Positions 33,061-40,280 of a DNA stretch of 40,280 bases are shown in pieces. A model generated the notes under the pieces. It worked only from the letters and a program-made list of their open reading frames with translations. It did no database searches and had not been told where the DNA came from. The DNA lies in the NCBI GenBank assembly GCA_000388065.2, contig KB932202.1; one strand, 5' to 3'. Within the stretch, counting starts at the first letter, position 1. Each line of letters begins with the position of its first letter. Both the position numbers and the translations under genes were made by a program. This stretch comes from Fonticula alba ATCC 38817. Its lineage: Eukaryota > Protista > Nucleariida.

Positions 33061-34183
33061 CTTTATGGCCGCCTGCAGGTCGTGGCAGGGCTCTGGAAGT
33101 GACGGGGGCCTTCCGCAGGTCCCTGTGAAAAGAAAGGACTCGCAGTCCCGGAGCACCACGCGCTCGCGGGCAGACCCACTTTAGCAGGGCCAGCTCGCCC
33201 CCCGTTGCTGGCCAGCGTGCCCGGAGGTTCGCCCCCTCGGGCTCCCGCCCAGGGGTGGGGCCTCCAGCCACCTGCGCGCCGACTGCAGTCCGCTGGCACT
33301 CGCCGGCCATTCTATTGCTGGCCCCGATCTGGGCTGCCGCGTGAGGGGGACCTTTATTTCCTAGGCCCTCCCACCCCCCGGGGTGTCCTGCGGGTGCGTC
33401 CTCCCCCCCCCCCTCTCCCAGCATGGGCGCCCGCCCCCTGAGGCTTTGTTCCCTCCCAGTCCACGGAGGTGGTAGCCCTTTCCGAGGCACCCCTGCCCGG
33501 CAAGGACAACACGCCCGTCCGGCCCGGAATCAAAAAAACAAACAACCATTCGCACCCCCCAACGCCTCCAGCCACGTCCCTGGCCCGAGGGGCGATCTCC
33601 TCGTGCTGGAATGCCCTTGGCCCCTGGCGGCGGCTGGTCCCCGCCCAACGTGCTGGCTTAGCCCCCCCCCCCCCCCACTCCCACCATCTTAGGGACCGGC
33701 AATCTGTGCCCCGCAGCCAGGCATCAGGGCTTTCACGCGCGCAGCTGGCCTAAACAGTTCGCCCGCCTTTCGATTGCGCTCCCAGGAGGAGGTCCCTTGG
33801 CCTGGTCCCTCTTCAAAAGCACATGGTTGCTCCGGCCTGGCCACCTGCCCCAGAGTCCGGGCGTGGAGGCACCTGGGCATGATCGCGGCTCCCATTTGCG
33901 TTTCTCCTCGGCCCCCGGCTGTCGGGCGCGTGGCAGGGGATCCCCACCACCCTGGCATTTGCGTCCGACCCGGCGGAGGGTCGCCGAGAACGGAGGATCT
34001 GCCCCCCTCCAGCTGCCAAACTCCCGAGAGCTCAGGGGAGGTGTGCTCAAGGGACACCTGCGCATCTCGTGGCCGATCACAGCACCTGGCACCACCCTCT
34101 TTCCCTTCTTCCCCTCTCTCTCTCTCTCCCCCTCCTTCCCGGTGTCCCGATTTCCACCTCCCCTCACTCCCATCTCCACATAG

Positions 34184-36495
34184 ATGTCGGCCCTGCAGAT
34201 CTTGCAAGAGGCCCTGGCCTCGGCATTTGCCTCACCCATCAAGACGGCCTTCACCGTGGTGGCCCTGCTGGGGGCCTACCTGATCCTGTCCATCGTGAAT
34301 GTCTACCGCCGCGCTTATCATGTCCGTCCCCGACCCATCCTTTTGGCTTTCTCCGCCTGGTTTCTGTCTCCGTCTGTATCCCCTCTCCTCCTCCCCCCCC
34401 CCTGTCTCGCTTGCCTGCTGACACTTTCTCTCTCTGTTTATCGCCCACAGAAATATGCCTGCCTGCAGGACATGCCCGGCCGGCCCCAGTGGCCAATCAT
34501 CGGATCGATCATCAACATCCCGCTGGACCCTCTCAAGCGTGAGGAGTCCTTCAACAAGCTGGCTCGCGAGTATGGCCATCATGGAGTCTTGCAGTTCTGG
34601 AACGGCCCCATTCCCGGCGTGGAGGTCCTCGCGCCGGATACCATTCGTGCAGTATTGAGTGCGCCCGCCCCCCCGCCCCCCCCTGTCCATGCTTCTACTT
34701 TGCCTTCATCTGCCCGCATGCGTTCCCATTCTACTCCCTGCACCGGTTGCTGATCCTTTTTTCTGTCAAGGCGCCGCGCGCGAGCACCACGCTAAGGGAT
34801 ACTTCTACCGACTGCTGGAGCCCTGGCTTGGCGGAGGCCTCCTGCTGCTGGACGGCGATGAGTATCGAATTCACCGCCAGTGGATCTCACGTTCCTTCCA
34901 TGTGGACTTCTTGCGAACCTCCTTCCTGGAGGTGATGCTCGAAAAAACCGACCTGCTAGTCGAGCGCATTACCAAGCACATCAAGGACTCGGGCGAGCCC
35001 TTCGATGCCTTCCAGTGGCTGTCCGAGACATCCATGAACATCATTTGCCAAACGTCCATGGGTTTGAATCTGCAAAGTGCGTCCCCCTCCGGCGTCCCCA
35101 GCTCTCCGTGTCATACATTTCCTGGTCTGCTACTAATATCTGAGTCTCCTGCCTCCTCCTCCCTCGCCCCCCCCCCCCTCCCCTCCTGGCTGTCTCTTCC
35201 AGCCGAGACCATCTCCTCGCAAGCCAAATACAAGGAGGCACTGGAGTTTACGAAGAACATGTTCTATGCGCGGGCCTTCAATGTGCTCATGCACTCGGAC
35301 ACGATTTTCCACTATTCCAAGCTTGGCCGGGAGTTCCGAGGCCATCTCGCCACGATTCGCTGTACGTCCTCCCTGTCAGTGCCCCGTCCTCCCTTTTGAG
35401 GGGGCGGAGAGGGTCGTGACTTAAAGGGGGGATCTCCTTTTCCCCCACTCCCTCCCGCATGTGTCTCCCTCCATCCCTCCCCCCACCCCCCCCCCCATCC
35501 TCCTATCTCTCACTCACTCACTCTCTATCCCCTATATCCCTCTCGCCATCCTGTGTCTAGCCTTCTCAAATGAGCTCATTCAGAAGCGTCGCAAGTTGCT
35601 CGAAGAGGGCAAGGTTGAGGTTGTTCTTGGATCGGCCTTCTCCATGCCTAGCGACCTGGACAGCGATGCCGGAGCCACGGGGCATGGGGCTGACAACTTC
35701 GGCCTTGCCGGCCCCTCCTCGCCTCGGCGCCGCCATCGCATGACCCTACTTGACAGTTTGCTCATGGAGCAGAAGCGCTGTGCCGATCCCGCCACTCGGG
35801 ATCCCGGCGAAACGCCCCTGACCGATGAGCAGCTTCGTGTGCATGTGGACACCTTCATCTTCGCCGGGCATGATACCATTGCCACCTTCGCTGCGTGGGC
35901 ACTCTACTGCGCGGCCAAATACCCCGAGGCCACGGAGCCGCTGCTGCGTGAGCTCGATGCCTTTTGGCAAGAGCTCGGATCCTCGGACCCCGATGGCACC
36001 GGGACCGGGCGCTCGCCGACCATGGCCGAGCTGAACGAACTCCGCGAATTGGACATGTTCATCAAGGAGGTCATGCGCCTTTACCCCTCGGCGCCGCAGA
36101 TTAGCCGCATCATCTCCCGGGATATCGAGCTCCGTGGACACCATGTGCCGGCCGGGACCTCATGCAACATCCAGGTTTGGGCCCTCCACCGGAACCCCAC
36201 CTACTGGCCGAACCCGCTGAAGTTCGACCCCACTCGCTTTTCTCCGGAGAATTCCGCCGGTCGCGACCCCTTCGCCTTCATCCCCTTCTCGGCTGGAGTT
36301 CGGAGCTGTGTCGGGCGCAAATTTGCCGAGCTTGAGCAGCGCGTCCTAGTTGCTCGGCTTCTGCATCAATTCCGCTTCAAGATGGCCCCCGGGCGCGAGC
36401 ATGTTGTCGGCCAGCCGCGGCTGGCCCTCAGCCCGATCGGCGGTATTCATGTTCTGGCCTTCCCGCGGGAGCCCGGCAGCCCGGCGGTCCAGTAA
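34184..36495 (+). CDS. Cytochrome P450, CYP4-clan-like, 5 exons: 34184-34321, 34451-34658, 34771-35076, 35203-35361, 35561-36495
   Basis: N-terminal TM anchor, PGRPQWP hinge, YRLLEPWLGGGLL, I-helix VDTFIFAGHDT, ExxR (KEVMRLYPS), FDPTRF and heme motif FIPFSAGVRSCVG. Confidence 0.95.
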
Positions 36496-36948
36496 TCTCG
36501 CCGACTTTCTCCTGGCATTCGTGCTCAGGCGGCCGGAGGTGGACCATCTCGTCTTCGGTCATCCAGTTCTTCCTTCTTCTGTGGTCCCCTCCTGTTCAGC
36601 ATGCACATCAAATACACGCGCCAAACGCCGGTTCATATCCCATTCTCGATGCTACGCGCTCTTCCCCCTCCCCTCCCCCTGCTTCCGACTCTTCCCCCGT
36701 GCTTCATCACTTCCCAGCCCCCCCCGAGCGCGTGCCGCAAGCAGGCCAGGGGAAAGGAAGGCGTTTGGCGCGATCCCCCCCCCCCCTGCGCTCCTCCTCC
36801 TCCCCTCGCCACACACGAGCAACAAGATGGACAACATGAACAAACGCAACCCCAACGCATGACAGGCTTGACAAGGATGGAGACACACAGCCATGCATGC
36901 GTGTGTGTGCGCGCGCGCGCCTGAATCTATTCCCCGAGCTGGAAGAGC

Positions 36949-39361
36949 TCATGGTGGCGGAAGGAGACGGTTCATCTCATCGCGTAGGCTGTCAATGAAA
37001 ATGCGTTGCTCGGAATTCATCTTCCGGATGTACTTCCAACTAAAGGTACTCAGCCCGGAAGACCCGGCCCCATCGAAGGAGCTGGTCGAGCCCAGGAGCG
37101 GCGAGTAACCTCCTCCCGCTCGGCCACACGTGGTCCCAGCCAATAGTGACAGACTCGAGGACGAGCCGAGAGACGAGCCAGCGCCCAAGGGGGAGAGGGC
37201 GTCAGTCGAGCCGGCACCAGGCATGCTCGGTGACGCGACGCCGACATCCAAGTCCAGAGGGGACCCCAGCGGTGGCCGGGGCGCCGGCTGACTGGCGGCA
37301 TTATGCAGCACCAGCGACCGGAATTCCTCGGAAGTGAAGGGCGGCATGGCGCTATCGGTCCAGAGGACACCGGAAGAATGGATAGGGGCCACGGCCGGCG
37401 CCGACAAATCAATATCATGCCGGGGCTTCGATGCATCGAAGGCCACCTCTGCCGTCAGGGGAGCCGTATGCTCCAGCATGGCAAGCTGCTGTAGCCGCAT
37501 GCGTGCGCGCTCCACATACGGCACAGCCGCCTTGAAGATGGCTTGCATGTTGGTGTAGAAGCTAATTCGCTCGTTGGTGCGATCACTGTTGGCGATGTTG
37601 TCGAAGTCGAACCAAAGGATTCGCTGAGCACACAAAAGAAGGCCCGAGCCAAGGGGAAAGAGGGGAGAGGGAGAGAATGCCGGCAGGACCGGGGGTGTCA
37701 GCATAGAAGAGGGGGGGGGGGGACATGGCTGGCGAAGGGGAGTGACATGTGAAACGCACGCGGATCTCCTTCCGTGTCATTTGGGCCAGGCAAACACTCT
37801 CGGGCAGGCCGGACACAAAGTAGTAGCGTGTGTTCATCTTGTGTAGGGCGCTGCTGCTGCTGCTGCTGCTGCTGCCACCACCGGCACCACCACTGCTCGC
37901 GGCACTGCCGGCTGGGGCACCGACACTGGCACCGGTGCTGGTGCCGCCAGCACCGCCCCCACTGGAGGGCGAATGGCTGCCAGGACCAGAGGCAATCGCC
38001 GGGGCGCCCGACGTCATGGTTGGGACCTGGGAAATGTCCAGGTAGCTGGAATGCACGGCGATATCAAAGAGGTCGATGCCGAGTTCTTCCTCACCCTCAC
38101 GCACTGAGCAATGGACAATGTTCTCGCCCTCATTGAGCTTGCCTCGGGGCAAAGCCCAGCAGGAGCTGTTGTACGACTCGACCATGAGCACATACTTGAG
38201 GGTGTGATCGAAAACGAAGAGGCCCGCACAGAAGATGCGGAACCGGTATGTTCGATGGAAGTTCAAGATGAGACTGAAGAGATTTTGCGTGGCCAGATGT
38301 AGCTGAAGCAGAACCGGGTCATAGTGCGAAACTGATGTTTCCCAGCAGGGGCGGGGGGGGGGGGGGGGATGGGGGTCAGCGGGAGCCGTCAACAGGCAAA
38401 AAGTAAGGCCGAGAGGGTGCCCAAAATATGGCCAAGAGCGGAAGGGCAAGGACATACTCAGCTCGAGGATTGTCTCGAAAGAGCGATTGGTTTTCATGAA
38501 TTCCACCACTCGCTTCTCGGGATTGTGATACAGGACATCAGCGCGGTGGTTGGTGCTTTGCCAGGCCTCCGGCGTGGCAGGCTTTAGGATACTCCGCTTC
38601 GGCGAGACCAGGTAATCAAACATCTGCAAGTTCTCCGGCATGAAGTCGAAATAGTCCCAGCTCGCTTGTTCAATGGAGAAGCCCAAGCGATTGAGGTCGA
38701 CAAATTCCGATGATGGGAGTGTGTACATGTGGCGACTGGAGATTTTGACAAGGGGGCTTGCAGGTCAGGGATGGGTGAAGAGGGATGGACTGGGCGGCCG
38801 GAAGCCCGGGGAGATAGGGGCAGAGAGAGAGAGAGCACGCGCGCGCGGGAGAAAGAGACAAAGGCAGGTAGATACGCACGTCATGTTGCTGACCAGCATG
38901 TCCTGGCTGTAGAAGAAATCAAATTGATTGACCTCCCAGGTAGAAGAGAGGGCCAGAGTGGCCAAGCCTTGGATGTCATCGCCGGCCAGGTCGCAATGGG
39001 CCTCATCGGCGAAGAGGAACTTAGATGGGGCTGCTCGGCGCCCGGCCTGAGCCGATGCATACTGGCTGCCACCCGAGCCGGGTCCAGCCATGCCCTTGGG
39101 GGGACGTTGATTGGCTTTCGGCTTCTTATTCTTCGGACGTTTGGGGTTTGCACCAGACGGAGTGATGCTTGGGCTGGGAGCCGCGGCGGGGGCCGCCGGG
39201 CCCCCGGCAAAAAGGGCAAGCACAGCGGAGGATGACTCGGCTGGCGACCGGGCACTGGAGTGGGAAAGGTAGCCGCTGCCATCAGCCGCCAAGGGCGAGG
39301 CCCTCCCTTGGCCGGGATTATGACATGTCAGCGGGGGATCTGAGAGAGATGAATGTGGCAT
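36949..39361 (-). CDS. DCP2: mRNA-decapping enzyme Dcp2, 4 coding exons: 39361-38880, 38735-38458, 38331-37760, 37623-36949 (start uncertain)
   Basis: Box A LPSSEFVDLNRLGFSIEQASWDYFDF; Nudix fold AGLFVFDHTLKYVLMV..WALPRGKLNEGENIVHCSVREGEEELGIDL (yeast [30 protein letters not shown]); TRKEIRRILWF. Confidence 0.9.
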
Positions 39362-40280
39362 GCTCCTGCAGATCTGGATTGGAAGGAGAGTCAGTAGGAG
39401 TCAGGCGGTGCTCGGCGAAATGCAAGCAAGAGAGGAGCCAGAGCGTGTGTGGGCGCACTGTTGGCCATAGACTCGGACGCAGTCACAGGGAATCTGGGTG
39501 TTGCAGTTGGCAGCATTGTCAGGAGCAGGGGGGGGGGGGGGGGGGGGGGGGGGGGGAGGGGTAAGGCGTCGATTGGCGGTATCGAAGGGGGAGAATGGTG
39601 GGGAGGCGCATACCCCTGTCGTCGCAACGAAAAGAGGAGTGGAGGAGGAGGAGGATTTGGGATGCCCACGCGTGGCCGCGAGAGGGGGAGGGAGAGAGAG
39701 AACAGGGAGGAGCAGGGGAGGAGGCAGAGAGGGGGTGTTTCGAGAGGAGAGGGGGGATCGCTGCACTTTCACGGGGATGTGGAGCTTTGTGGAGTTGGAC
39801 AAGGGGGGAGGGGGGGGGGAAGGAGGACATGAGAAGGGAGATTAGGTTGCTTGCGTTGGACATATGGGATAAAATGGGAGAAAGGAGGGGGGAGGGAGGA
39901 GAAAGAGAGTAAAGCGGGGGGAAGGTCTTACCAGGAGCGAGGATGCAGGGGGTGAGTCGATGGGAAATTGCGGGATCGCCCAGGCGCCTTGGGGTCCGGT
40001 GCCGGCACTTCAATCGCCCCTTCGGTTACCTGGTGCTCGGCGGGAATGGCAACACCCCAGGCCGTTGCCGTGGTTTGTCCAGAATCAGTTCCTTCCCTCG
40101 GTGTTGGCCTTCCCACGCAAACATACGTGTCTCGCACCCCATCCCGCCTCCCCCCCGCCCCCCCCCTCCCCCCCGCCGCCGCCGCCGCCCCGGGGTGTGC
40201 TGGGCCTCCTTCAGACTGGGTCAGCGCTCTGAACAGTGTTGCGTCCACACTCCCATGCAGCAACACAATCGAGGGGGGGG

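Noticed and set aside
93-40266. The many long overlapping and antisense ORFs
   Set aside because: Expected from high GC content and C/G-ending codon bias; they lack motifs or mirror real exons.
1-40280. Transposon, retroelement, viral gene or CRISPR array
   Set aside because: No transposase, reverse transcriptase, integrase or capsid motifs, no terminal repeats, and no repeat-spacer periodicity.

Overview
Compact, GC-rich, intron-rich eukaryotic genome region with many microsatellites and four N-gaps. The gene content looks opisthokont. A Fonticula-like protist is my guess from style and gene content, not a verified identification. By manual GT-AG splicing I reconstruct, in order: a tandem tRNA-Gly(GCC)/tRNA-Thr(AGT) pair only 5 nt apart; kish/TMEM167 (+); a divergent RNase P/MRP p40-like gene (-); CTU2 (-); a COX7a-family gene (-); eIF2B-epsilon (+); dynactin p25 (-); a small gene cut off by a gap, weakly SRP9/21-like (-); GINS SLD5 (-); NUF2 (-); TSR2 (+); RPA3 (-); HUS1 (+); RPL10A/uL1 (-); an OST4-like gene with a long tail (+); a long low-complexity hypothetical gene (-); a CYP4-like P450 (+); and DCP2 (-). 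No transposon, virus or CRISPR signal was seen. The best leads are the dimeric tRNA unit next to tRNA-maturation genes, animal-type CHR/E2F-like motifs upstream of cell-cycle genes, a two-state hairpin in the RPL10A intron, the extended OST4, and a strong C at 5' splice-site position +4. All family assignments are from remembered motifs; no database search was run.
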